NCBI GenBank assembly: GCA_007118855.1
Contig: SKQU01000259.1
Coordinates: 1-58,732, forward strand
Reading direction: 5' to 3'
Length of the DNA: 58,732 bases
Source of the DNA: Spirochaetaceae bacterium
GTDB taxonomy: Bacteria > Spirochaetota > Spirochaetia > DSM-27196 > SLST01
Shown here: piece by piece, positions 1 through 8,709 of the stretch
Layout: each line of letters begins with the position of its first letter
Position numbering within the stretch: the first letter of the stretch is position 1
The notes under the pieces: generated by a model
The model's input: the letters and a program-made list of their open reading frames with translations, nothing else
The model's database searches: none
Told to the model about the DNA's origin: nothing
Translations under genes and position numbers: made by a program

Positions 1-33
1 AATCTCTCGTCCTAGCCGATAGACGAAGGGGGC
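1..33 (-). tRNA. tRNA-Glu, 5' part (truncated by window edge)
   Basis: Minus strand reads GCCCCCTTCGTCTATCGGCTAGGACGAGAGATT, with an acceptor and D-arm typical of tRNA-Glu. The anticodon lies just outside the window. Confidence 0.75.
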
Positions 34-41
34 ATCTATCG

Positions 42-112
42 CTTCCCGGGGAGGACTCGAACCCCCACTAGCAGAGCCAGAATCTGCGGTGCTACCATTA
101 CACAACCGGGAA
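42..112 (-). tRNA. tRNA-Gln(CTG)
   Basis: Cloverleaf: acceptor TTCCCGG/CCGGGAA, anticodon arm GCAGA-TT-CTG-GC-TCTGC, T-loop GTTCGAGTC. CCA is not encoded. Confidence 0.95.
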
Positions 113-123
113 ATCTATGCCTT

Positions 124-152
124 ACCATACCAATCGGACCGCCCGGTGTCAA
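124..152 (-). promoter_or_regulatory. sigma70 promoter of the tRNA-Gln/tRNA-Glu operon
   Basis: TTGACA-17 bp-TATGGT just upstream of the tRNA 5' end. Confidence 0.7.
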
Positions 153-157
153 CCCGT

Positions 158-691
158 CTACTCGGACTCGTAGTTCAGCAGCGTATGCACCGGGACCGGC
201 GCAAGCAGGTCCTCGTACCCCAGAAAGGGCAGGCCGATGACGCTGAAGACCTCGTGTACCGTGCCGCCGGCGCGCTCGATCAGTTGAGCAGTCGCCCGAA
301 CCGTCCCGCCCGTCGCGATGAGATCGTCAACGATGAGAACCCGCTGATCGGGGCGCAGGTCCTGCCGATGCATCTCAACCGTGTCGCTGCCGTACTCGAG
401 CTCGTAGGTCAGACTCACCGTCTCACCGGGAAGCTTCCCTTTCTTCCTGACGAGCTGCAGCGGAAGCTCGAGCTCGAGCGCGAGCGGCGCACCGAAGAGG
501 AAGCCGCGCGCCTCAACCGCCGCAACCGCGTCGAGACCGGCCGACCGGTAGCGCCACACCATCTGCGAGACGCAGTAGGCGAAGGCCGCGGGGTCCATGA
601 GAATGCTCGTGATGTCGTAGAACAGAATCCCCTTCTTGGGGAAGTCCGGGATCTTGCGGATCACCGCGTCGAGGTTGAAGGATGCGTTCAT
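158..691 (-). CDS. apt: adenine phosphoribosyltransferase
   Basis: Motifs IPDFPKKGILFYDI, EARGF, RKKGKLPG, LEYG and the PRPP-binding VDDLIATGGT. Confidence 0.97.
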   Translation of the reverse strand: MNASFNLDAVIRKIPDFPKKGILFYDITSILMDPAAFAYCVSQMVWRYRSAGLDAVAAVEARGFLFGAPLALELELPLQLVRKKGKLPGETVSLTYELEYGSDTVEMHRQDLRPDQRVLIVDDLIATGGTVRATAQLIERAGGTVHEVFSVIGLPFLGYEDLLAPVPVHTLLNYESE

Positions 692-702
692 AGCTCAGCA
701 GA

Positions 703-731
703 AGAGTATGAGCAGAGGCGCGGCGTGTCAA
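703..731 (-). promoter_or_regulatory. sigma70 promoter of apt
   Basis: TTGACA-17 bp-TACTCT. Confidence 0.55.
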
Positions 732-746
732 ACGCAGAGCGCAGGT

Positions 747-1760
747 TCACGGACAGGTGCGGCGAAATCCCGCCACGCGCGCGCTCGCATCCAGATCGAG
801 CCCGTCGGCCCTGCCGCTTCGCAGCAGGTGGTACCCGAGTCCGGCGATCATCGCCGCGTTGTCCGTGCACAGCTCGAGCGGCGGAAACCACACCTGGAGA
901 TCGCTGCGCGCGGCGAGCGATGCGCGCATCCGGGTATTCGCGGCCACCCCCCCGCCCACGACGACCCGGCTGAGTCCCGTGTCGGCGGCCGCGCGATCGA
1001 GCCGCCGCAGGAGGATGTCTACCGCCGCGCGCTCGAAACTCGCCGCGATGTTCTCCGCGGACTTCTGCGACGAGCCGTTCCAGAACTGGTCGAGCTGGTT
1101 GATGACCGCCGTCTTCAGTCCGGAGTACGAGACGTCGTAGCGATGATCCTGCTTGTGAAGACTCGCGTCGGGGAATGAGAAGGCACGATCGTCGCCGGCG
1201 CGGGCGAGACGGTCGATCGCAACTCCACCGGGGTAGCCGAGGGCATAGTGCTTGGCGACCTTGTCGAAGGCTTCCCCGCATGCGTCGTCGATCGTCGTAC
1301 CGAGCACCTCCATGGAAAGCGGATCGTCTGCGCGCGCGATTATCGTGTGCCCCCCTGAAACGAGCAATCCCAGGAAGGGGTACTCGACAGGTTCGGCAAG
1401 CTGCGGAGCGTAGAGGTGGGCACGCATATGGTCCACGCCAACCAACGGCAGTCCGAGCCCGAAGGCGAGCCCCTTCGCGAAGGAGAGCCCCACGACCAGC
1501 GAGCCCACGAGCCCGGGCCTGTTGGTCACGGCAACGCCGTCGAGGTCCGTGGCGCGGATCCCGGCCTCCGCCAGGGCCCGCTCGTAGACTCCGACGATCC
1601 AACGAGTGTGGGTCCGGCTCGCGATCTCCGGAACCACTCCCCCGAACGGTGCGTGCTCCTCGAGCTGCGTGGCGATCACCTGCCCCAGGACGCGCCTTCC
1701 GTCTTCAACGACCGCGACCGAACACTCGTCGCACGAACTCTCCACCCCGAGAACTGTCAC
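747..1760 (-). CDS. tsaD: tRNA N6-adenosine threonylcarbamoyltransferase TsaD
   Basis: Motifs LGVESSCDE, GGVVPEIASR, HMRAH, LVSGGHT, DDACGEAFDK, SYSGLKT, CTDNAAMIA. Confidence 0.97.
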   Translation of the reverse strand: MTVLGVESSCDECSVAVVEDGRRVLGQVIATQLEEHAPFGGVVPEIASRTHTRWIVGVYERALAEAGIRATDLDGVAVTNRPGLVGSLVVGLSFAKGLAFGLGLPLVGVDHMRAHLYAPQLAEPVEYPFLGLLVSGGHTIIARADDPLSMEVLGTTIDDACGEAFDKVAKHYALGYPGGVAIDRLARAGDDRAFSFPDASLHKQDHRYDVSYSGLKTAVINQLDQFWNGSSQKSAENIAASFERAAVDILLRRLDRAAADTGLSRVVVGGGVAANTRMRASLAARSDLQVWFPPLELCTDNAAMIAGLGYHLLRSGRADGLDLDASARVAGFRRTCP

Positions 1761-2809
1761 TGTTCATCTCCCTGCGCGATGCCCACCGGCCTCACGAGCT
1801 GCGAGACCGGGACGAACTCGTATCCGTGCGCATCGAGTACAGGGTACACCTCGAGCAGGATGTCGGCCAGAAGCGGCACGGTCACGTGCCCGATCATCAC
1901 CACCGGCTCGCCCCTGTGGGAAAGCTCGAGCGCATGGCCGAGCGCCGAGAGTATTGATTCCCGTGTGCGCGAGTTGTCGAGGAAGACGGTGCGTTCTGCG
2001 AAGGGAATCCCGACTTCCGCGGCCACCAGGCGGCCGACGGTCTCTGCCGATGTGCGGCTGTCGAGGAAGAAGAGGTCCTGCTCGTGAAGGGCGGCGAGCA
2101 CGGTTCGCATCAGCTCGGCGTCCGCCGTCGCAAGCGAGCCCATGTGGTTGTTTACACCGATCGCCCCCGGAACCGTCCTGAGGTTCTCCCGGATCGCCTC
2201 GACGATCCTCTCCGGAGGATCGGACAACCCTATCGAGCCGGGCCCCGGGTCGCCGCCACGCAGCGCTTCCATGGGCTGATGAAGCATGATCTCCTTCCCC
2301 GCCGCGGCCGCGAGCGCCGCGGCATGAACCGAGAAATCAAGTCGGGGGAGGACCGCAACTGCCATTGGTCCCGGGAACCTCAGGAACTCCTCGTACGCCT
2401 CGAGCGAGTTTCCCGCATCGTCGAGCACGAGCACGAGCGGCCCCCGCCGCTCGGGGGGGACGGCGGCCGGCGGAAGCCACCACGGCTGCGCGGCCGCGGT
2501 ACCTTCGGCGGCCGGCGGAACCGGCGGCGCCGGCCGATCGGGCTGCGTCTGCGGAGCCGGCTGCTCCTGGTCGCTCATCAACGAATCGTCGGGGACGCTC
2601 GGGTAGGGGTCGTCATCGGTCTGCGGCTCGGGCCGGTCCGGGCGCTCGGTCGCTCGGACGCCCGCTGGAGTGTCACAGACGCGCTCGATCGATTCCGGCA
2701 GCATCGCGATGAGAGCGCCGAGGAGGATTGCGATCGCGACCAGGAGGCCCACGAGAAGGGTCCGGTCGCGCCGGGGTTGATGTGTCTTGCCTCTTCGCCT
2801 CTGCCCCAC
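1757..2809 (-). CDS. divergent polysaccharide deacetylase family protein (YibQ-like), N-terminal membrane anchor
   Basis: TM helix, Pro-rich linker, then motifs LVLDDAG, MLHQPME, GVNNHMGS, FFLDSRT, VFLDN, IGH. Confidence 0.9.
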   Translation of the reverse strand: MGQRRRGKTHQPRRDRTLLVGLLVAIAILLGALIAMLPESIERVCDTPAGVRATERPDRPEPQTDDDPYPSVPDDSLMSDQEQPAPQTQPDRPAPPVPPAAEGTAAAQPWWLPPAAVPPERRGPLVLVLDDAGNSLEAYEEFLRFPGPMAVAVLPRLDFSVHAAALAAAAGKEIMLHQPMEALRGGDPGPGSIGLSDPPERIVEAIRENLRTVPGAIGVNNHMGSLATADAELMRTVLAALHEQDLFFLDSRTSAETVGRLVAAEVGIPFAERTVFLDNSRTRESILSALGHALELSHRGEPVVMIGHVTVPLLADILLEVYPVLDAHGYEFVPVSQLVRPVGIAQGDEQ

Positions 2810-2856
2810 GCTTAATCATCGATCCGCGAGACGCAATTGTTGAGCCTTCCGGCGCA

Positions 2857-3702
2857 CTACCCGTGCACGAACTCCTCGACCTCGCTCGCATGCTGACGGA
2901 GCTTGCGCAGGGCCCGCATCTCGATCTGCCGTACGGTTTCCGGACTGATTCCCATCTCGTCGCTTATACGCTTGAGCGTGTACTTCTTGCCGCCGTAGAA
3001 CGCGAATCGGTAGAGAAGGATCTTCTTCTCCTTCTCCCTGAGCCGCTCGAGGAAACGCAGCGTCTCCTCTCGCATCACCTGCTGCATGATCTCGGTCTCC
3101 GGCGAATAGCTGTAATCCTCGAACACATCGTGCAGCGTTCCAGTCTCCGAGTTCATGTCGCTGTCGAGCGAGATGGGCCCGCTTGAGATACTGAGGATCT
3201 GCGACACTTCACCGCTCGGCATGCCCACCTCTGCGGCAACCTCTTCGACGCTTGGTCGCCGCATGCAGCGCTGGCTGAGGGTATTGTAAGCCCGCTGAAT
3301 CTTGCGCAGAGCGTCCTCCTTGCGATGCGGCAACCGGATGCTGCGCCGCTTGTTGCTCAACGCCCTCGTGATCGACTGTTTGATCCACCAGGAGGCATAG
3401 GTCGAGAATCGAACCTTCTTGCGGTGATCGTACTTCTCGGCGGCCTTCAGGAGTCCGAGGTTCCCCTCCTGGACCAGATCGAGGAGCCCGACGTCGTTGG
3501 AGACGTACGCCTTCGCAATCTTCACAACCAGACGAAGATTCGCCTCGACGAGCTCCTGTCGAGCCTGCTGGTCACCCTGCTCTATCCGCCGTGACAGCTC
3601 GAGCTCTTCCTCGAAGGTCAACAGCCTCGTGCGTCGTATCTGATTGAAGTACGCCTTGAGGGTATCGTCGTCGCGTACGGTCCTGCACTTCTTCCTGGTC
3701 AT
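2857..3702 (-). CDS. rpoS: RpoS-like (group 2) sigma70-family sigma factor
   Basis: Regions 1.2, 2 (ANLRLVVKIAK, DLVQEGNLGL, FSTYASWWIKQ), 3 and 4 (TLKRI...SPETVRQIE), no region 1.1. Start set at ATG 3702 (SD GGGAG); the longer ORF start at 3741 lies inside the promoter. Confidence 0.8.
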   Translation of the reverse strand: MTRKKCRTVRDDDTLKAYFNQIRRTRLLTFEEELELSRRIEQGDQQARQELVEANLRLVVKIAKAYVSNDVGLLDLVQEGNLGLLKAAEKYDHRKKVRFSTYASWWIKQSITRALSNKRRSIRLPHRKEDALRKIQRAYNTLSQRCMRRPSVEEVAAEVGMPSGEVSQILSISSGPISLDSDMNSETGTLHDVFEDYSYSPETEIMQQVMREETLRFLERLREKEKKILLYRFAFYGGKKYTLKRISDEMGISPETVRQIEMRALRKLRQHASEVEEFVHG

Positions 3703-3724
3703 CCGTAACTCCCGCAGAATACAT

Positions 3725-3741
3725 TGCAAGGAACGTGCCAA
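3725..3741 (-). promoter_or_regulatory. sigma54 (RpoN) -24/-12 promoter of rpoS
   Basis: Minus strand TTGGCACGTTCCTTGCA matches TGGCACG-N4-TTGCW exactly and ends 22 nt before the ATG. Confidence 0.88.
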
Positions 3742-3862
3742 GAGTACCTCAGTACAAGGCGCCTTTATCTCACTGACGGGAAAAGACTTACACCTGCCCC
3801 AGACGCGACCTCTCCGAGGCGGATCGGATTGTGCACTATTTCATACGAGTGATTTGAACTGC

Positions 3863-4216
3863 TTACAAAGAATCATACACTGCGGCGGCCCGCTCAGGGC
3901 TCACCGCGTCGACAGAGACGGCCTGCTCGTACTGGCGAACAATCATGTCCGCGATACCGAGGCTGCCGGTCCGGGACATCATCCGGGCGTACTCCTCGTA
4001 GAGCATGTCCTCGAAGATGTCCTGCGCCATCCCTCCGTCGAACAGATCGTCTTCACGATTGAGTGTAGCACGCATGCTGTCGAGCATCTGCTTTGCGAAC
4101 AAAGACTCGAACTCCTGCGCGACGAAACGCAGCTGCGCGCGACGGTCGCCGGCGGGCAGTTCAGGCCGCAACTGGGTAGCGTTCCACCGGGCCATGTTCG
4201 CGCCTATGGTCTCCAT
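3863..4216 (-). CDS. flgJ: single-domain FlgJ (rod-binding domain, no muramidase)
   Basis: Motif AQEFESLFAKQMLDSMR...FEDMLYEEYA...GIADMIVRQ; directly follows flgG. Confidence 0.88.
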   Translation of the reverse strand: METIGANMARWNATQLRPELPAGDRRAQLRFVAQEFESLFAKQMLDSMRATLNREDDLFDGGMAQDIFEDMLYEEYARMMSRTGSLGIADMIVRQYEQAVSVDAVSPERAAAVYDSL

Positions 4217-4221
4217 CCGGT

Positions 4222-5016
4222 TTACCTCTTCAAGCCGGCCGCGATCCCGAGCATCGAGTCACTGGTCTGAATGGCCTTCGAGTTCATCTCGTACGCCCGC
4301 TGGGCAACGATCATGTTGACCATCTCCTGGACCACCTCGACGTTCGAGAGCTCGAGAAACTTGTGCAGCGTCTGTCCCATTCCGTCGAATCCCGGCTGCC
4401 CGCCGATCGGGTCTCCCGAGGCGCTCGAGACCCGGAAGAGGTTGTCGCCGATCGCCTGGAGACCCGCCGGGTTCACGAACCGGTAGAGCTCGAGCTGTCC
4501 CACGTCGATCGGATCATCGAGTCCGGGCAGCTTCGTCGTGACCCGGCCGTCCTGCGAAATGCTGACCGACTCCCGAATGAAGCCCTCGGGAAGTATCACC
4601 TCCGGGATGAGCCTGTAGCCGTTGCTGTCGACGAACTGTCCGTTGGAGTCGATCTTGAACGAGCCGTCGCGCGTATAGGCGAAACTCCCGTCGTAGAGAA
4701 GCACCCGGAAAAATCCTTCGCCCTGGATCGCGATGTCGCCCACGTTCCCGGTGTTCTGCAGGGAACCCTGCGTGTGGATCTTCTGCGTCGCCGCGACCTT
4801 CACGCCGTGCCCGACCTGCACACCGACCGGGACGAGTGTCTCCTCGGTCGCAGGTGTTCCGGCCATGCGAACGGTGTGATAAAGCAGGTCGTCGAAGTCC
4901 GGCCGGTTCTTCTTGAAACCGGTCGTGTTGACGTTTGACAGGTTGTTGGCGATCGTGTCTATGTTGAACTGCTGGCCGACCATGCCGGACGCCGCAGTCC
5001 ACAGTGATCTCATCAT
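4222..5016 (-). CDS. flgG: flagellar basal-body distal rod protein FlgG
   Basis: Motifs MRSLWTAASGM, ANNLSNVNTTGFK, YTRDGSF, LELSNVEVVQEMVNMIVAQRAYE. Confidence 0.96.
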   Translation of the reverse strand: MMRSLWTAASGMVGQQFNIDTIANNLSNVNTTGFKKNRPDFDDLLYHTVRMAGTPATEETLVPVGVQVGHGVKVAATQKIHTQGSLQNTGNVGDIAIQGEGFFRVLLYDGSFAYTRDGSFKIDSNGQFVDSNGYRLIPEVILPEGFIRESVSISQDGRVTTKLPGLDDPIDVGQLELYRFVNPAGLQAIGDNLFRVSSASGDPIGGQPGFDGMGQTLHKFLELSNVEVVQEMVNMIVAQRAYEMNSKAIQTSDSMLGIAAGLKR

Positions 5017-5027
5017 CACGCTACTCC

Positions 5028-5888
5028 TTACAGCCTGATCGCTTCGTTGATCAGCTTCCCGGTCATCTGGTCGTGCGCCTGGATCGCACGCTGGTTCGCC
5101 TCGTACGCCCGATTGACCTCGATCAGCTGCACCATCTCGGTCACCGGGTTGACGTTGCTCGTCTCAAGGAATCCCTGCCGAACCTTGGGCCGCCCCTCGG
5201 TCATGGTGAACGCCTGGCCCGACTCCTCGGTCGTCGCCCAGAAGCTGTCGCCCTGCTTGCGCAGGTAGCGGGTATTCCTCATGTCGACCACGCGCAGGCG
5301 GTCGACCTCCACAGTCTGTTCCCATTCGTTCTCCCGCATGCTGACAAGACGCAGGGGATCGTCGGCGAGCGCGGCGTTCTCGTAGATCACCCCGTCTTCG
5401 TCCACGACGAAGTTGTTCAGCTTCAGCTGAATCGGACCACCCTCTCCGAGCACCGGATACCCCTGTTTCGTCACGAGCATCCCCTCCGGGCCTATGAGAA
5501 AGCTTCCGTTGCGGGTGTACCGCTCGCCGTACGGGGTATCAACGACGAAGAACCCCTTCCCCTCGAGCGAGAGGTCGAAGGCGTTCTCCGTCTGGCGCAG
5601 GCTTCCCTGACTGAAGACGGTGAAGTACTCGTTCGTCTCAACGCCGGTCCCGACCCGACCAACCACGGGGGCGACGTCGTAGGAGCCCACCGGGAAGCTG
5701 CGCAGGGGAATCTGGCGCACGCCGTCGTCGCTCATCCGGCGGATCAGGAGCTCAGGGAACGCTTTCTGAATGGGGGTGTCACGCTTGTACCCGGTGGTAT
5801 CTACATTCGCGAGGTTGTTGGAAAGCGCGTCAAGACGGTTCTGCTGGACAACCATCCCGGCGGCGCCGGTATACATGCCTCGTAGCAC
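5028..5888 (-). CDS. flgF: flagellar rod protein FlgF/FlhO
   Basis: Motifs SNNLANVDTTGYK, YTRNGSF, LETSNVNPVTEMVQLIEVNRAYE; lies upstream of flgG. Confidence 0.85.
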   Translation of the reverse strand: MLRGMYTGAAGMVVQQNRLDALSNNLANVDTTGYKRDTPIQKAFPELLIRRMSDDGVRQIPLRSFPVGSYDVAPVVGRVGTGVETNEYFTVFSQGSLRQTENAFDLSLEGKGFFVVDTPYGERYTRNGSFLIGPEGMLVTKQGYPVLGEGGPIQLKLNNFVVDEDGVIYENAALADDPLRLVSMRENEWEQTVEVDRLRVVDMRNTRYLRKQGDSFWATTEESGQAFTMTEGRPKVRQGFLETSNVNPVTEMVQLIEVNRAYEANQRAIQAHDQMTGKLINEAIRL

Positions 5889-5907
5889 ATCGGCCTCCCT
5901 GACCTGT

Positions 5908-5935
5908 ATATCGGCGCAGAGTGGGTCACGGATTA
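5908..5935 (-). promoter_or_regulatory. probable sigma28 (FliA) promoter of flgF-flgG-flgJ
   Basis: TAAT-N16-GCCGATAT. The -10 matches the sigma28/sigmaD consensus; the -35 is imperfect. Confidence 0.6.
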
Positions 5936-5958
5936 GGTGGTATGAGGATTACCGGAAG

Positions 5959-6030
5959 AGCCAAGGGTGAGATTCGAACTCACGACCTGCTCATTACGAG
6001 TGAGCTGCTCTGCCCCTGAGCTACCTTGGC
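5959..6030 (-). tRNA. tRNA-Thr(CGT)
   Basis: Acceptor GCCAAGG/CCTTGGC, anticodon arm GCTCA-CT-CGT-AA-TGAGC, T-loop GTTCGAATC. CCA is not encoded. Confidence 0.95.
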
Positions 6031-6056
6031 AGTCGACCGAAGTTCGACGCGGGGGA

Positions 6057-6085
6057 AATATACCTGATCGACACCGGATTGTGAA
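6057..6085 (-). promoter_or_regulatory. sigma70 promoter of tRNA-Thr
   Basis: TTCACA-17 bp-TATATT. Confidence 0.6.
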
Positions 6086-6125
6086 GACCGGCGTGGCGAG
6101 ACGCCAGGAGATCGGCTCCATCGCA

Positions 6126-6758
6126 TTACTGCTTGCGCCGGGAGTTCACGAACCGGACGAACTCGTTGATATTCTTCAGGATGATGCGATCCTTCTCGAC
6201 CTCGAGCCGCCGTTGGCTCACGAAATGGTTGAGCACGTGACGCGTCTCCTCGGTCGACAGCCCCGCCCAGTGCGCGACGTCTTCCTGCGTCGTGAAGAAC
6301 ACGCGTTCATCGGTCTCGTCTTCCGGCTGACCGCGCAACTCGTTCAGCATCAGGAACACGTCGGCAACTCTCGCCTGCGTGTCATCGAGCGTGAGGATCA
6401 TGAAACGCCTGCGCTGATCGTAGATGCGCTTCGTGAAGAGCTTCAGCAGCTTGAGCGCGATCGCCGGATTGCCCCGCATCAGGATCTCGAAGTTCTCCCG
6501 GTTGAACTCCAGACACTTCACCCGTTCAACGGCGATCGCGGTCGCCGAGCGGGGCGCCTCTTCGAGTATCGCCATCTCGCCAAAGATCTCTCCCGGCTGA
6601 AGCACGTCGACCGTCTTCTCGATATCCCCCATGATCTTGGAAATCTGAACGCGTCCCTGCTGGATGAGGTAGAACGCGTCGCCGGGCTCGTACTCGCAGA
6701 AGATGATCTCGCCGGGCTGGTATCCAACGGCGAATCGCTCAAACGCCTCGAGGTTCAT
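6126..6758 (-). CDS. Crp/Fnr family transcriptional regulator
   Basis: cNMP-binding cassette FGEMAILEEAPRSATA and C-terminal HTH TQEDVAHWAGLSTEETRHVL. Confidence 0.9.
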   Translation of the reverse strand: MNLEAFERFAVGYQPGEIIFCEYEPGDAFYLIQQGRVQISKIMGDIEKTVDVLQPGEIFGEMAILEEAPRSATAIAVERVKCLEFNRENFEILMRGNPAIALKLLKLFTKRIYDQRRRFMILTLDDTQARVADVFLMLNELRGQPEDETDERVFFTTQEDVAHWAGLSTEETRHVLNHFVSQRRLEVEKDRIILKNINEFVRFVNSRRKQ

Positions 6759-6759
6759 C

Positions 6760-7764
6760 TCAGCCGCCTCCCGCCTTGATCGCGCGTCGGACCTTTCGCA
6801 TCAGCGCCTCACCCACGCCGGGCATGCTCATGATCTTCTGGTAGAAGCTCTGGGCACGCTGGGTGTCTCCCTTCTCCTGGTACGACTGTCCCACGTAGTA
6901 GAGCGCGTCGGGGAGCTCCGGTATCTTCGGATAGCGCTGGATCAGCCCGGTGAAGTGCTTGATGCACGCATCGTGCTGCCCGAGGCTCGAGAAGCAACGC
7001 CCCATCTCGAACAGCGCCTTGATGCGGTACTCCTCATCACTGCTCGTGTCGGCTATCTGCTTGAACGACCGCAGCGCCTCGGCGTACTTCTGCTGGCTGA
7101 AGGTACTCACCGCCGCGTAGAACTCCTTCGCGGCGTCGGAGAGCTGCCTGCCCGCCTCAGGCTTCGCCGATTCGGCCGGCGAGGCGGCCTCCACGCCTTC
7201 GATATTGGGGCCCTTGCCGGCGCCGTACTGCTGGAGAAACTGCTCGGCCTTCTGTGCGAGCTCGTTCGCCCGGGCGTGCAAACGCCCCGAGGGGTAGTAG
7301 GTGAGATACCGGCGGAACGCGTAGAGCGCCTGCTCGTAGCGCTTCTTTCCCAGATAGTACTGTCCGATGTTAAAGAGCCCGGACTCGGGGTCGACCTGCG
7401 CGTCCTCGGCGAGCAGCGCGCTCACCTTGGCGTGCATCCGTCGCAGCTGATTGCTGAACACCTTCAGCATCTTCATGATGATCCTGGTGTTCTGACTGAC
7501 GATGTGCTCGAACTCGGGCACCGTGAACATGAGCACCGAGGCATCCGAGAGCACCACGGCGTTCTCCTCGCGCGGGTACTTGCCCAGCGCGCTCTTCACT
7601 CCGAAGAACTCCCCGGTCTGGATGTAGTCGTGGATCTCCTGGCCGGTCTCTATGTCGGTGGAATTGAGGCTGACGCGCCCCGACTTGAGAATGTAGATCC
7701 TGTCGCTCACATCGCCACGGAAGTAGATGACCGAGTTGGCCTTGAAAGTCATGGGACGCGGCAC
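6760..7764 (-). CDS. cyclic-nucleotide-binding domain plus TPR protein
   Basis: N-terminal cNMP domain (GEFFG...YPREENA) followed by several TPRs (LFNIGQYY, ALFEMGRC, ALYYVGQSY). Confidence 0.85.
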   Translation of the reverse strand: MPRPMTFKANSVIYFRGDVSDRIYILKSGRVSLNSTDIETGQEIHDYIQTGEFFGVKSALGKYPREENAVVLSDASVLMFTVPEFEHIVSQNTRIIMKMLKVFSNQLRRMHAKVSALLAEDAQVDPESGLFNIGQYYLGKKRYEQALYAFRRYLTYYPSGRLHARANELAQKAEQFLQQYGAGKGPNIEGVEAASPAESAKPEAGRQLSDAAKEFYAAVSTFSQQKYAEALRSFKQIADTSSDEEYRIKALFEMGRCFSSLGQHDACIKHFTGLIQRYPKIPELPDALYYVGQSYQEKGDTQRAQSFYQKIMSMPGVGEALMRKVRRAIKAGGG

Positions 7765-7784
7765 CTGGTTAGCTCCTGGATAGT

Positions 7785-7813
7785 ACTGTAAACACTCCTA
7801 TCTATTATATCAA
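7785..7813 (-). promoter_or_regulatory. sigma70 promoter of the cNMP-TPR/crp pair
   Basis: TTGATA-17 bp-TACAGT in an AT-rich divergent gap. Confidence 0.55.
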
Positions 7814-7863
7814 CAAAGTTTTGTACCGCACCTTGCGGCCGAACGATATACTGAGAGGCGAGG

Positions 7864-8709
7864 ATGATCGACCTGCACGCGCATTCCACCGCCTCCGACG
7901 GCTCTCTGACACCGACGCAGCTCATCTCGCTCGCGCAGTCGGAGGGGCTTGCCGCGATCGCCCTGACCGACCACGATACGGTGGCCGGCCTCGACGAAGC
8001 CGCGCGGGCGGCCCGCAGCCTCGGCATCGGGTTCGTACCGGGAGTCGAACTGGAGGTGGAATGGGACACGGGGGTCTTCCACCTCCTCGGGCTCGGTCTC
8101 TCTCACTGGGACGGCAGGTTCGAGACCCGGCTCGTAGAGATCCGTACCCGGCGCACGCGCCGAAACAGGGCGATGGTGGACCTCCTCCGGAGGGCGGGAA
8201 TCCCCATCACCTACGATGAGCTCGTCCGGATCGCCGGACATGATACGGTGGGCCGGCCCCACTTCGCGCAGTGGCTCGTACAGCACGGGACCGTCACGAC
8301 AATGCAGGAAGCCTTTGACACGATGATCGGAGAGGGACAACCGTTCTATCTGCCCAAGGAGGGCGAGAGCGTGGGCAGGACATGCGATATGATCCATGGC
8401 GCCGGAGGCCGCGCGGTCCTCGCGCACCCGCAGACGCTGCGGCTCGGCTGGGACGAGCTGGTCAAATCGCTGAAACGGTGGCGCGGCGAAGGACTCGACG
8501 GCGTAGAGGCGTACCACGCGAACCTCGCCGCCCGCGAAGCCCACCGGCTCGCCGCGATCGCAGACGACCTGGGGCTGCTCGTCAGCGCCGGCAGCGACTA
8601 TCACGGGCCGCCGAGAACAGATCGTCGCCTCGGGCGCACCTGCGGCGGTATGGAGATCGACGACCGGTTTCTCGAGCCCTTCGGAGTATACGCACATGAG
8701 CGCGGTTGA
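7864..8709 (+). CDS. PHP-domain phosphoesterase (TrpH/YciV-like)
   Basis: Motifs DLHAHSTASDG, LTDHDT, GVE, GRPH, LAHP, GSDYHG. Confidence 0.92.
   Translation: MIDLHAHSTASDGSLTPTQLISLAQSEGLAAIALTDHDTVAGLDEAARAARSLGIGFVPGVELEVEWDTGVFHLLGLGLSHWDGRFETRLVEIRTRRTRRNRAMVDLLRRAGIPITYDELVRIAGHDTVGRPHFAQWLVQHGTVTTMQEAFDTMIGEGQPFYLPKEGESVGRTCDMIHGAGGRAVLAHPQTLRLGWDELVKSLKRWRGEGLDGVEAYHANLAAREAHRLAAIADDLGLLVSAGSDYHGPPRTDRRLGRTCGGMEIDDRFLEPFGVYAHERG

Noticed and set aside
89-973. 294-aa plus-strand ORF
   Set aside because: It is an antisense shadow spanning tRNA-Gln, apt and tsaD.
5959-6030. tRNA-Thr as an integration site of a genomic island
   Set aside because: No integrase, no duplicated tRNA 3' end seen, and both flanks are core genes.
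5933-6121. 62-aa ORF between flgF and the Crp-family gene
   Set aside because: It overlaps tRNA-Thr and its promoter.
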